From positions 1 to 37,168 of the forward strand of contig JBDKFG010000049.1 in the NCBI GenBank assembly GCA_039798785.1: a stretch of DNA of 37,168 nucleotides. The letters run 5' to 3'. This document shows positions 27,604-36,609 of this stretch, piece after piece; position 1 is the stretch's first letter; the number at the start of each line of letters is the position of its first letter. Under the pieces are notes generated by a model that did not search any database, was not told where the DNA came from, and saw only the letters and a list, made by a program, of their open reading frames with translations. Source of the stretch: Verrucomicrobiota bacterium. GTDB lineage: Bacteria; Verrucomicrobiota; Lentisphaeria; Lentisphaerales; Lentisphaeraceae. The position numbers and the translations under genes are program-made.

Positions 27604-28646
27604 GCGGGCTCCTTGCCTTTCTGGTGGAGACGGGGGTCGCGGCTGCGGGGTGCCTCGGAGTGCTGCAGCCAGCAGGCGCTGGACTGCCCGCCGCCGAGAT
27701 CGAAGAGGGGGGGGGACTGGAATTCACAAACCTGCATGGCATAGGGGCAGCGGGCGCAATAGCCGCAGCCGGCCGGCGGACGGAAGAGGTCTGGCGGCGA
27801 GCCCTCAATCGGCAGCAGGCGGGTGCGGCTGCCGTCCGATGCAGGCATGGCCTGGCGCAGTCCGAGAGTGTAGGGATGGGAGGATTTCTTGAAGATGCTG
27901 CCAACCGGGCCCTTCTCGACGATCTGCCCGGCGTACATCACGGCGACCTCGTCGGCCATCCGCGCGACGACGCCGAGGTCGTGGGTGATCAGGACGATCG
28001 CCATCTGCTCTTCGCGCTGGATCTCCCGCATCAGCTCGAGCACCTGGTCCTGGATGGTGACGTCGAGGGCGGTGGTCGGTTCGTCGGCAATCAGGACGGC
28101 GGGCCGGCAGGCGACGGCAAGGGCGATCATGGCGCGTTGCAGCATGCCGCCGGAGAATTCGAAGGGATATTGGCGGGACCGCGTCGCAGCTTCCGGGATG
28201 CGGGTCCGGTCGAGAAGGCGGACGGCTTCGTCACGCGCGTCTGCCCAGCTCAGGCCTTTGTGGACCACGAGGGATTCGGCGATCTGGTCGCCGATGCGCA
28301 TGGTGGGGTTCAGCGAAGTCATCGGATCCTGGAAGATCATCGCGATGTCGCGAGCCCGGTACTGGCGGGCTTCCGCCTCGCTGAGGGCGAGCAGATCGAC
28401 GCCGCCCTTGAGGATGGCCTTGCCGGAAGTGACGCGGCCGGGAGGACGCGGAATCAATCCCATCACCGCCTGCACCGTGACCGATTTGCCGCAGCCCGAT
28501 TCTCCCACCACCGCCAGGGTCTGCCCCGCGGCGACTGAATAAGAGACGCCGCGGACCGCCTGGACGACGCCGCCGAAGGTGTCGAACTCGACTTTCAGGT
28601 TGTTGATTTCCAGGGCGGCTGCAGTCGGATGGGGTGAGGGGTTCAT
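27600..28646 (-). CDS. oppD: Oligopeptide/dipeptide ABC transporter ATP-binding subunit (OppD/DppD-like)
   Basis: GESGCGKS, FQDPMTSLNP, FSGGMLQR, DEPTTALDV, ITHDLG. Confidence 0.88.
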   Translation of the reverse strand: MNPSPHPTAAALEINNLKVEFDTFGGVVQAVRGVSYSVAAGQTLAVVGESGCGKSVTVQAVMGLIPRPPGRVTSGKAILKGGVDLLALSEAEARQYRARDIAMIFQDPMTSLNPTMRIGDQIAESLVVHKGLSWADARDEAVRLLDRTRIPEAATRSRQYPFEFSGGMLQRAMIALAVACRPAVLIADEPTTALDVTIQDQVLELMREIQREEQMAIVLITHDLGVVARMADEVAVMYAGQIVEKGPVGSIFKKSSHPYTLGLRQAMPASDGSRTRLLPIEGSPPDLFRPPAGCGYCARCPYAMQVCEFQSPPLFDLGGGQSSACWLQHSEAPRSRDPRLHQKGKEPA

Positions 28647-28824
28647 CGAGTAGGTCGTTCCTTTGCTAAATGCATGACAACATAAGAGGGACTGCGGAAG
28701 GCGTCCACTCGGTGGCAGGGGACCGGGACGCTATTGCTTTTGATCGGCCGGAAAGCTGTCGGAGCACCGGGGCGGCTTTGCCGGATGGCGTTAGAGTGAG
28801 GTCTCTCAACCGGAGAAACTGATC

Positions 28825-29880
28825 ATGATCGCTTCCTTCCTTGTCACCTTCCTCGCGCTCGCCGATAACCGTCCCGGGGCGCAGGATGCCGCTCCGGCTC
28901 CGGCTCCCGTCATCGCCGCTGCCACCCAGGGGATGATCGACAAGGCGGAGAAGGGCGACGCGGCTGCCATGGTCCTGGTTGGACGTCTTTACGAAAAAGG
29001 CCGCGGCTGCCCGCAGGACAATGTCAAGGCTCTCCAGTGGTTCGCCCGCGCTGCAGCAGCTGGTCATGTTCTCGGCCTGGTCGAGTGCGGCCGCATGCAC
29101 GAAACCGGGCTTGGCACCCATCAGGATTATGTCGCCGCCGCAGCCTATTACAACAAAGCACTGAGCTCGGGTTCGGGTGAGGCCGCCGCGGCACTCGGCA
29201 ACCTCCACCTCGTCGGTCTCGGAGTCCGTCGCGACGAAAAGACCGCCAAGAAGCTCTTCGCCACCGCCGCCATAGATTTGCAGAAGCGCTTTGCCGACGG
29301 CGATCCCTCGGCCAGCCTCGCCCTCGGCCGCCTCTACATGGAAGGCCAGGGGGTCCCCCTCGACTACGCCCAGGCCCTGCAGATCTTCAAGAAAGGCTGG
29401 GAGGTCAGTGACGAGGAGTGCGGGTGGAACCTGGCACAGTTCCATCTCAATGGCTACTACGTCAAGAAAAACGTCGCGGAAGGCCTGAAGATCCTGGTCG
29501 AGGCGGCCGATTCCGGCTCGCTCAGCGCAGCGAGGCAGCTCAGCTCGATCTACGCCCAAGGACGTTCTGGTGTCGCGCCGGACGCTTCCGCCGCTTTGAA
29601 ATGGCAGCATCGCCTGGCCGATCTCGGCGATCCCGGCAGCCTCTACCGCCTTGGCAAGCCGATGTTCGAGCAGCCGCGCGACGATGCGGAGCAGGCCAAG
29701 GGATTTGCGATGCTCGTCAGGGCCGCAGACCAAAATCACGTCGACGCCTTGTATCTGGCCGGCCGGACCTTGACTATCGGAGTCGGCCGGATCGCTCCCG
29801 CGCCTGAGAAGGGCATGCGTTATCTGCGCGCCGCCGCGGCTCTCGGCTCGCGCGAAGCCAGCGTCATCCTCAATCCCTGA
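28825..29880 (+). CDS. Exported Sel1-like repeat (SLR) protein
   Basis: Signal peptide and repeated A...LG.LY..G.GV..D...A..W/F...A units. Confidence 0.88.
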   Translation: MIASFLVTFLALADNRPGAQDAAPAPAPVIAAATQGMIDKAEKGDAAAMVLVGRLYEKGRGCPQDNVKALQWFARAAAAGHVLGLVECGRMHETGLGTHQDYVAAAAYYNKALSSGSGEAAAALGNLHLVGLGVRRDEKTAKKLFATAAIDLQKRFADGDPSASLALGRLYMEGQGVPLDYAQALQIFKKGWEVSDEECGWNLAQFHLNGYYVKKNVAEGLKILVEAADSGSLSAARQLSSIYAQGRSGVAPDASAALKWQHRLADLGDPGSLYRLGKPMFEQPRDDAEQAKGFAMLVRAADQNHVDALYLAGRTLTIGVGRIAPAPEKGMRYLRAAAALGSREASVILNP

Positions 29881-29883
29881 GCG

Positions 29884-30276
29884 ATGGCCGCAGCCCACCT
29901 CGCGACCGGCTCCTACGGGGAGAGACTGGCGGTCCGTGAGCTTCGTGACGCAGGCCTCGAGATTCTCGCACGCAACTACCGCATCGAGGGCCTGGGCGAG
30001 ATCGACATCGTCGCCCTTGACGGCTGCGTCCTGTGCTTCGTGGAAGTGAAGACCCGGCAGCTCTCGGAGCGCAGCCGTCCCGGCGATGCCATCGACGACG
30101 AGAAGCGCCGCCGTGTCTCACGCACCGCCAGGCACTGGTTGGCGAGGGCCGGCATTCCCGCCGCCTTGATCCGTTTCGATACCGTCGAGGTGCGTCTCGG
30201 GAATCGATTCTGGCGGCACCAGGTCCTTCACACACCCGCCTCCTGGCAGCAGCACGCAATCGCCAAGCCGGGATAG
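29884..30276 (+). CDS. yraN: YraN family (UPF0102) endonuclease
   Basis: G.YGE.LA, RNYR..GEIDIV, FVEVKTR, RFD motifs. Confidence 0.9.
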   Translation: MAAAHLATGSYGERLAVRELRDAGLEILARNYRIEGLGEIDIVALDGCVLCFVEVKTRQLSERSRPGDAIDDEKRRRVSRTARHWLARAGIPAALIRFDTVEVRLGNRFWRHQVLHTPASWQQHAIAKPG

Positions 30277-30322
30277 ATTCACGACGCGTCAATTCCAAAC
30301 TCTCAACTGCGGACAGCTCTTC

Positions 30323-32113
30323 ATGACCCAAGACCTTCTCGTTTCACGCCGGCAGCAATTGTTCGAGACACAGGAAAAGCTTCAGGCCGAACTGTTTCGT
30401 CTCGTGGGCCGGGCGGCCCGACTCTCCTGGTCGCGACTGCTCAGCTTCAGCCTCTTCTCGGTTGCCGCGGTTTACGCCGCCTTCGAGGGGAGTCCTTGGG
30501 CTGTGATCCTGTCGCTGCTGACGCTTGCCTTCTTCATCGTCCTGGTCCGCCGACATGCCGAAGTCGAGGACTTGCAGCGTCGTCAGGAGGGGATTCTCGC
30601 TCATCTCCTCCGTCAGCTCGAGAGGATGGGCGGCGAGAAGCCTGCCGCCGCTGCCGTTCCTGCTGCCGCGGAGCATCCGTACGCATCCGATCTGGCTTTG
30701 GACGCTTCGGGTCGGCTCTTCCGCAAGATCGACGAGTGCGCCACCGCTCGCGGCTCTGCGCGTCTCGGAGACTGGCTCCGTCAGTCGGACGGCATCGGTG
30801 CCGCCAGCCGCCGCCAGGCGGCGGTGAAGGAGCTGAGCTCTCGCCAGGGCGAGCTGGCGGCCTTGCAGGCGCAGCGTCAAGGAGCCGAGCACCGCGGGGA
30901 GCTGCGCCTCCTCGCCTGGCTCGAGACCGGCTCGGCTCCGCAGCTGCCCCATCCACTTGTCGGCCAGATTCTCAGCCTGCTGGCCCTTGTCGGGGCCTTC
31001 TCCCTGGTGTTCAATAAATTCCCCTGGTGGATTTCGGCCCTTCTCGTCACTCCTGCGATCCTTTACCACTCGCTTCATTCGTATTCATGCAAGGAGCTCG
31101 AGGACGCGCTGGGGGAGGCGAGCCCTGGATGCCTGCGGCGCCATGCCGGATTCTTCCGCTTCGCCGCAGGAGGATTCGAGGCGCCGCTCCTGCGTCAACT
31201 TGCCGGCGAGCTGGCTCCCGATTTGGCGGCGGAACTCACCGGGCTGGAGGACGAGATCCTCGCCTTCGCCGAGACCCGCCGCAACGCCGCTCTCGCCCTC
31301 GCCGAGCCGCTCCTCTTGCGCCGTCCGCAGCTCGCCGCCCGCATTGCCCGCCGCCATCGCCGCATCGGGGCCAGGCTCGGACCGGCTCTTGCAGCCAGTG
31401 CCGATCTCGACGCACTCGCCGCCTTGGCCGTCTTCGCTTGGGAGAATCCCGAGTTCTGCTGGCCGGAATTCGTCGCCGAGGACCGGTTCGCCGCGGAGGG
31501 TCTGGCACACCCGCTTCTTCACCGCGACAGCCGCGTCGCCAACGATCTGCTGCTCGACTCCAGCTGCCGGCTGATCCTCATCTCCGGTTCGAACATGGCC
31601 GGCAAATCCACCTTCTTGCGGAGCGTCGGCGTCAACGCCGCTCTCGCCCTTGCCGGAGCGCCGGTCTGCGCCCGCAGCTTCTCGCTTCCGGACCTGCAGG
31701 TCAGCTGCTGCTTCTCCAGCGGCGATTCGCTTGACCAGGGTTTATCGCGCTTCGCCGCCGAGGTGCGACGTCTCGCCCAGGTGCGGGAACAGGCGCTTGC
31801 CGGCGCACGCTGCCACCTGGTCCTTCTCGATGAGATCCTTTCCGGGACCAACTCGCGCGACCGCGTCGATGGCGCCGGCGCCTATCTAGCCGACCTCTTC
31901 GACGGCCGCTGCCTCGGCCTGGTCACCACTCACGACCTCGCCTTATGTCCGGTGACCGAGAAGATCCGTGGAGGAGCCCGGAACTGCCATTTCGCCGACA
32001 CCTTGGTCGACGGCAAGATGAGTTTCGACTACCGCATCCGACCCGGCGTCGCCGGCGCCGGCAACGCCCTCGCCGTGATGCGCAGCTTCGGCCTCGACGT
32101 CCCCAGCCGCTGA
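30323..32113 (+). CDS. Membrane-anchored MutS domain V ATPase (MutS-related)
   Basis: N-terminal TM helices, LAHPL, GSNMAGKSTFLR, LLDEILSGTNS, TTHDL; no mismatch-recognition domain. Confidence 0.88.
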   Translation: MTQDLLVSRRQQLFETQEKLQAELFRLVGRAARLSWSRLLSFSLFSVAAVYAAFEGSPWAVILSLLTLAFFIVLVRRHAEVEDLQRRQEGILAHLLRQLERMGGEKPAAAAVPAAAEHPYASDLALDASGRLFRKIDECATARGSARLGDWLRQSDGIGAASRRQAAVKELSSRQGELAALQAQRQGAEHRGELRLLAWLETGSAPQLPHPLVGQILSLLALVGAFSLVFNKFPWWISALLVTPAILYHSLHSYSCKELEDALGEASPGCLRRHAGFFRFAAGGFEAPLLRQLAGELAPDLAAELTGLEDEILAFAETRRNAALALAEPLLLRRPQLAARIARRHRRIGARLGPALAASADLDALAALAVFAWENPEFCWPEFVAEDRFAAEGLAHPLLHRDSRVANDLLLDSSCRLILISGSNMAGKSTFLRSVGVNAALALAGAPVCARSFSLPDLQVSCCFSSGDSLDQGLSRFAAEVRRLAQVREQALAGARCHLVLLDEILSGTNSRDRVDGAGAYLADLFDGRCLGLVTTHDLALCPVTEKIRGGARNCHFADTLVDGKMSFDYRIRPGVAGAGNALAVMRSFGLDVPSR

Positions 32114-32207
32114 GATCTTCATTCGGCAATTCGGCAAGCAAATTGGCAAGCGCAAATGGCGAAGCGCCCTATCTTGCCTGGCCTAATCACCAGCCTCCGA
32201 GACGACG

Positions 32208-32516
32208 ATGAAGAAGACCTATTCCCTGATCAATGCCAAGATCGCACGCCCGCGGATGATCGATGCGATCAAATACGAAGCCAAGAAGTATCTGAAGCGT
32301 TCGCGCAACAAGGTCCTGCCGGAGGGCACGGATTTCTGGGATTTCGACTGCCGCTTCGGCCGTGCCGAAGGAGATTGCGAAGCGATCCACGTCAGCGCGA
32401 TCAACAAGGCCATTGACGCCGCTGAGGCGGGCGGGGTCGACGGCTTTTATCTCGAGATCATCCCGCGCGCGGCGGCGCGCACCAAGAAGCGGGTGGAGGG
32501 TGAGTCGGGCGATTGA
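32208..32516 (+). CDS. DUF6172-like small basic protein
   Basis: MKKTY...KYLKR.R.K.LPEG.DFWDFDCRFG...FYLEI pattern. Confidence 0.75.
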   Translation: MKKTYSLINAKIARPRMIDAIKYEAKKYLKRSRNKVLPEGTDFWDFDCRFGRAEGDCEAIHVSAINKAIDAAEAGGVDGFYLEIIPRAAARTKKRVEGESGD

Positions 32517-32731
32517 GGGAGGTCCTCTGACCGGCGCACGTCCTCGGCAATCTGCGATGCACCATGTTGGTGTTGGAATCTGGAAGCGAAGAGAAAGGGA
32601 GACGAAGTCCATGCGGCTGGCCGTGACTCCCTCGGCGCACTTGCGTCTCGCAAGGGCGGCAAAAATTCCGCATCCGCCGCATCCGCATGGGAGCTTCCGG
32701 CTTATCTTAGTCGGCATGGGAGGGATTGCCG

Positions 32732-33643
32732 ATGAACACTCTTCTGTTGCGGGAAGTGTCGCCCCGAGATGGTCTCCAGGCCGAGCCGGCCTTGCTTGAT
32801 GTCGACAGCCGTGTGCGCTTCTGTCTCGAGCTCCTTGAGGCTGGCTGCCGCTTCATCGAAGTCGGCTCCTTCGTCCGCGCCGAGCGCGTGCCTGCGATGG
32901 CCGGCAGCGCCGAGGTCTATGTGCGGGTCCGTGAAGCGGCGGACCTGGAGGTGACGGTGAGCGCTCTGGTGCCGAACAGCCGGGGTCTGGTCGAGGCCAG
33001 GGCGGCGGGAGTGAGGCATGTGGCGCTGGTGGCGGCATTAAGCGATCCTCTCGCCCGGGCCAATCTCGGACGGGACGCCGAGGCCAGTCTGAGCGAAGCC
33101 TTGCGGCTGGCCTCGGAATGTCTCGAGGGAGGGCTTGCCTGCCGTCTGTATATGAGCGCGTCCTTTCATTGTCCCTTCCTAGGCGAAGTGCCGGTCGCAC
33201 CCTTGGAGCAGGCTTTGAGGCGGGCCGCGGCTTACCCCGGGCTTGAGCTGGTGATTTCCGACACCACCGGGCGAGCCTCGCCGGCGGAAGTGAGGCGGCG
33301 CCTCCGGATGGCTCTGGATATCGTGCCTCCGGAGCGGCTGGCTTGCCATTTTCACGACACCTGGGGGCTGGGGCTGGCGAACGCCTGGGAGGCGATGCAG
33401 CTGGGGATCGAGAGACTTGACGCCGCCGCTGGCGGGTTGGGGGGCTGTCCCTATGCTCCAGGCGCCGGGGGCAACCTGGCCAGCGAAGACCTCCTCTCGC
33501 TTGCACGGGCATTGCGTTGGTCGCATGAGCTCAAACCGGAAAAGCTTGCCGCTGCGGCGACCCGGATCTGCCGGCAGCTAGGGCATCCGCCGCGAAGCCG
33601 CTCCGCCGCCGCCTGGCTGGCCGCCACATCGCTTGATACTTAA
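32732..33643 (+). CDS. Hydroxymethylglutaryl-CoA lyase
   Basis: EVSPRDGLQ, IEVGSFV, HFHDT, GGLGGCPYAPGAGGN. Confidence 0.9.
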   Translation: MNTLLLREVSPRDGLQAEPALLDVDSRVRFCLELLEAGCRFIEVGSFVRAERVPAMAGSAEVYVRVREAADLEVTVSALVPNSRGLVEARAAGVRHVALVAALSDPLARANLGRDAEASLSEALRLASECLEGGLACRLYMSASFHCPFLGEVPVAPLEQALRRAAAYPGLELVISDTTGRASPAEVRRRLRMALDIVPPERLACHFHDTWGLGLANAWEAMQLGIERLDAAAGGLGGCPYAPGAGGNLASEDLLSLARALRWSHELKPEKLAAAATRICRQLGHPPRSRSAAAWLAATSLDT

Positions 33644-33659
33644 TTGATCCTAAAAGCCG

Positions 33660-33841
33660 CAGTTGAAAGGTTGGAAGGTTCAAAGGTTGAAAGGATCAGC
33701 TACAGCAGCAAGAGGTTATGGTGTTCGAGGGCGCTCGGCAACTCTTCCGGCTGGCAGTCGCGCAGGTCGAGCTATAATCGTCATTTGTCGCTGTTGTTCA
33801 TGTATTTGCCTTTCAATCTTCCAACCTTTCAACCCGGTTCC
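33660..33841. repeat. Intergenic inverted-octamer element (copy 3)
   Basis: CAGTTGAAAGGTTGGAAGGTTCAAAGGTTGAAAG ... TTTGCCTTTCAATCTTCCAACCTTTCAACCCGGTTCC; same ends as 18265-18386 but a different interior. Confidence 0.85.
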
Positions 33842-33864
33842 ATTCCACTGCTGCGGAATTTATT

Positions 33865-34011
33865 CGACCTGTGTTACTCCGATTCAAGCTCAATTGAACC
33901 GCAGAAGACGCAGAAGGATGAATGGGCGACTGAGCACTCGGCGCGCTGACACGGCAAAACTCTGTTCTTTGTGTCTTTTGTGGCCGAGCTCAAATGGAGT
34001 GACACAGGTCG
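33865..34011. mobile_element. 147-bp MITE with 16-bp TIRs and 8-bp TSD
   Basis: CGACCTGTGTTACTCC 33865-33880 / GGAGTGACACAGGTCG 33996-34011 (1 mismatch); AATTTATT at 33857-33864 and 34012-34019. Confidence 0.8.
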
Positions 34012-34014
34012 AAT

Positions 34015-35049
34015 TTATTTAGGTTCATTCACCTGCCAGGCGCCATCGCGGTAGACCTCCTGCCCGTCGAGGAGGACCGATTCTGTCACGGCGAAGACGT
34101 CGACATGGTGCCGGCTGCGATCGCGGTCGATCTGGGGCTTGTTGTAACCATGTTTTGCGCCGAGAGAGAGATGGATGCCGCACATCCTTTCGTAAGTGCC
34201 GACGTCCTTGACTCCGCGCTCGCGGGTGAAGGCCCGGTTGAGCCCGAAGCCGAGTTCTCGCACCCAGACGACGCCGTCTTCATCGGCGCGGATCCTTTCC
34301 AGGACCAGGTCGAAGGCCGGGGTGGAGTCATGGGCTGCGGCGACTCTGCCTTTCACGATCTCAAGAGTGATCGGCCGGTCCGGGCGATTGACCAGGTATT
34401 CGCGGTCGCCGAAGGCGAAGATCCGGATCCTTCCATGCACCGCTTCTAGTTCGCGGGCTTCCGTGAAGACTTCGCCGATGGGGAACTGGCCCCCGATGTT
34501 TTTCATTTCGCGATAGTCGCCGACGTTGAGTTTCGCCGTTTCGAAGGGGGAATCGAAGATCAGCGAGGCGCCGCCGCTTTCGACCAGGCCGCTGCGTGCC
34601 GTGTCGATGCGGCTCTTGAGGGCCTGGCCGACGCCGCGGAAATAGAGCGGATCGTAGGCGAGGGAGTCGACATAGGCCTCGAGCTCTTCAGGTTCCATGC
34701 GGCCGAGATGAGGATGTTCGATCACCATCAGGCCACGCCTGAACAGTTCGAGGCGGAGGCGGAAGGCGTCGAGACGGAAGCTGCCGCTCTGCACCAAGAC
34801 GACCAGGGCGCGGGAGTCGAGCCGGCCGATGGCCTCCCTGACCGCTTCGGGAGTGCTGGCGTCGAAGTCGATCGCCCGGCCGCCCTTCAGGCAATTGCGG
34901 TAGGCGCCGGCGAGCAGCCGCGCCAGAGGACAGCGCTGATCGTAGACGAGGAGGGCGGCAGACTCTGCTGCATGGCCGAAGGCATGCTCGAGAATGTCGC
35001 GGATATGGATCTCGGCGCGGTCCGCCAGACTGAGTGAGATGAGGGGCAT
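34015..35049 (-). CDS. M29 (aminopeptidase T-like) metallopeptidase-fold protein
   Basis: PIGEVFTE, RELGFGLN, ERMCGIHLSLG, HHVDV resemble M29 metal-ligand motifs. Start uncertain (ATG 35049 or GTG 35079). Confidence 0.6.
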   Translation of the reverse strand: MPLISLSLADRAEIHIRDILEHAFGHAAESAALLVYDQRCPLARLLAGAYRNCLKGGRAIDFDASTPEAVREAIGRLDSRALVVLVQSGSFRLDAFRLRLELFRRGLMVIEHPHLGRMEPEELEAYVDSLAYDPLYFRGVGQALKSRIDTARSGLVESGGASLIFDSPFETAKLNVGDYREMKNIGGQFPIGEVFTEARELEAVHGRIRIFAFGDREYLVNRPDRPITLEIVKGRVAAAHDSTPAFDLVLERIRADEDGVVWVRELGFGLNRAFTRERGVKDVGTYERMCGIHLSLGAKHGYNKPQIDRDRSRHHVDVFAVTESVLLDGQEVYRDGAWQVNEPK

Positions 35050-35101
35050 GTGAAGGTCTCGGTGGATGATGACGCCCACTATAGGCAGTCCGCTCCGTAA
35101 G

Positions 35102-35138
35102 AAAAGATCGGGCCGCTTTCCGTGGAGGAAAGCGGCCC
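35102..35138 (-). terminator. Terminator downstream of tRNA-Gln
   Basis: Perfect 12-bp stem GGGCCGCTTTCC/GGAAAGCGGCCC followed on the minus strand by GATCTTTT. Confidence 0.75.
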
Positions 35139-35146
35139 TGAAACTT

Positions 35147-35220
35147 TGGCTACCCGACCTGGACTCGAACCAAGAAAGACAGAATCAAAATCTGTAGTGT
35201 TACCATTACACTATCGGGTA
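35147..35220 (-). tRNA. tRNA-Gln(TTG)
   Basis: TACCCGA/TCGGGTA acceptor stem, anticodon arm ACAGA-TTTTGAT-TCTGT, T-loop GGTTCGAGTCC, discriminator G and encoded CCA; 74 nt. Confidence 0.96.
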
Positions 35221-35230
35221 AGCGGTGAAG

Positions 35231-35258
35231 ACTATATCGCTGTCTCAGCGATCGTCAA
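35231..35258 (-). promoter_or_regulatory. Sigma70-type promoter of tRNA-Gln
   Basis: TTGACG-N16-TATAGT ending 10 nt upstream of the tRNA 5' end. Confidence 0.75.
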
Positions 35259-35402
35259 ATGGTTCACGCGGGATTTTTTCGATTTTTTTTGTTGGCCTCG
35301 GACTGGAGATGGGATTTGTCGGATGTGGGGACAATTTCGTCGAAGGGCCCGTCGTTGATGGGGCAGCGAGCGTCATCAGCGTACAATTTCCAGGAGGTTT
35401 TC

Positions 35403-36605
35403 ATGCACCGGCGGAATTTCATTGGCGGCGGCGCCGCCACTCTTGCGATGCTGCTCAGCGCGGGCAGAGTCCATGCGGGCGGATTGAGCGGGGCTCGCAA
35501 GATCAAGCATTTCCTTTTCGTCAATCTGCAGGGCGGGCCTTCGCAGATGGAGACCTGGGATCCGAAGCCGGGCAACACCAATGGTGGTCCGACCAAGGCG
35601 GTCAAAACCAAGGTTCCGGGGATGCTTTTCGCGCAGGGCTTGGAGCCGATGGCGGAATTCAGCGACAACATCGCGGTTGTCCGCACGGTGTCGCGCATCG
35701 GCGAACATGAGTTGGGGCAGTATTTCATCAGCACAGGTGGATTCGCTCCCAATCCCGTTCTGCAGCATCCGGGCTTGTGTTCGACGGTCGGCTGGGGGCT
35801 GCATGATCCTGAAAGCGACCTTCCTCCGGTGGTGTCGATCGGCAAGGGCCGCAGCGCCGGGTTCCTCGGCAACGCCTTCGATCCCTATGCAGCGGGAGAG
35901 AAGCTCGAGGTGGCGGCGAAGTGGCGTCAGCCGCTGGAGCAGGCGGACCAGATGAGGGACGAATATTATGCCGTCTCGCCGATCGCCGCCGCCAACGACT
36001 TCCAGGAGGAGGTCAAGCATCAGTCCCGCTCCTCGCGGCTGACTCTGGGGATCTCCAACAAGGCCTTCGATATTTCGCTTGAATCGAGCAAGACTCGCGA
36101 TCTCTACGGCAATGGTTTTGGCGGTTCCTGCCTGTTGGCGCGCCGTCTTTTCATGGCGGGAGTCCCTTCGGTTCATGTCACGCTCGGCGGCTGGGATACC
36201 CACCAGAACAATTTCGACGCCACCACCCGTCTCGGCGGCACCCTGTCGAAAGGTCTCAGTGCCTTGATCGGCGAACTGAAGGCGATGGAGATCTTCGATC
36301 AGACTTTGATCCTGGTAGGCGGCGAGATGGGGCGGACGCCTAAAATCAACAACAACGAAGGGCGGGACCACTACCCCGGTAACAACACCTTCGCGGTCAT
36401 CGGCGGTGCCGTCAAGGGCCAGAACATCGGCACCAGCTCCGCCGATGGCAGCAGCGTCGATGGCGGCGCGTCGATGCCGCAGCTGTCTTATTCCATCCTC
36501 GATCTGATGGGGCTGAAGCCATTGGGCTTCTTCAATGACAGCGTCTCCGGGCGGCCTCAGCGCTATTGTCCAGGCGACAATCCCTTGCCTCGCAGCTTGA
36601 CCTGA
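35403..36605 (+). CDS. DUF1501 domain protein with Tat signal
   Basis: AGGAGG RBS, MHRRNFI, QGGPSQMETWDPKP, GGWDTH, GEMGRTP, GRDHYP. Confidence 0.9.
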   Translation: MHRRNFIGGGAATLAMLLSAGRVHAGGLSGARKIKHFLFVNLQGGPSQMETWDPKPGNTNGGPTKAVKTKVPGMLFAQGLEPMAEFSDNIAVVRTVSRIGEHELGQYFISTGGFAPNPVLQHPGLCSTVGWGLHDPESDLPPVVSIGKGRSAGFLGNAFDPYAAGEKLEVAAKWRQPLEQADQMRDEYYAVSPIAAANDFQEEVKHQSRSSRLTLGISNKAFDISLESSKTRDLYGNGFGGSCLLARRLFMAGVPSVHVTLGGWDTHQNNFDATTRLGGTLSKGLSALIGELKAMEIFDQTLILVGGEMGRTPKINNNEGRDHYPGNNTFAVIGGAVKGQNIGTSSADGSSVDGGASMPQLSYSILDLMGLKPLGFFNDSVSGRPQRYCPGDNPLPRSLT

Positions 36606-36609
36606 GTCC

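Noticed and set aside
32517..32725. Structured ncRNA or riboswitch upstream of HMG-CoA lyase
   Set aside because: Only short GC-rich inverted repeats (CCATGCGG/CCGCATGG, CTTGCG/CGCAAG) and no recognisable family motif; expected by chance at this GC content.
33660..34011. Integron attC sites
   Set aside because: The octamer elements run GTT...AAC, the reverse of RYYYAAC...GTTRRRY, and there is no integron integrase or cassette array.
35101..35220. Genomic island integrated at tRNA-Gln
   Set aside because: No integrase next to the tRNA, and no duplicated tRNA 3' end was seen in the window.
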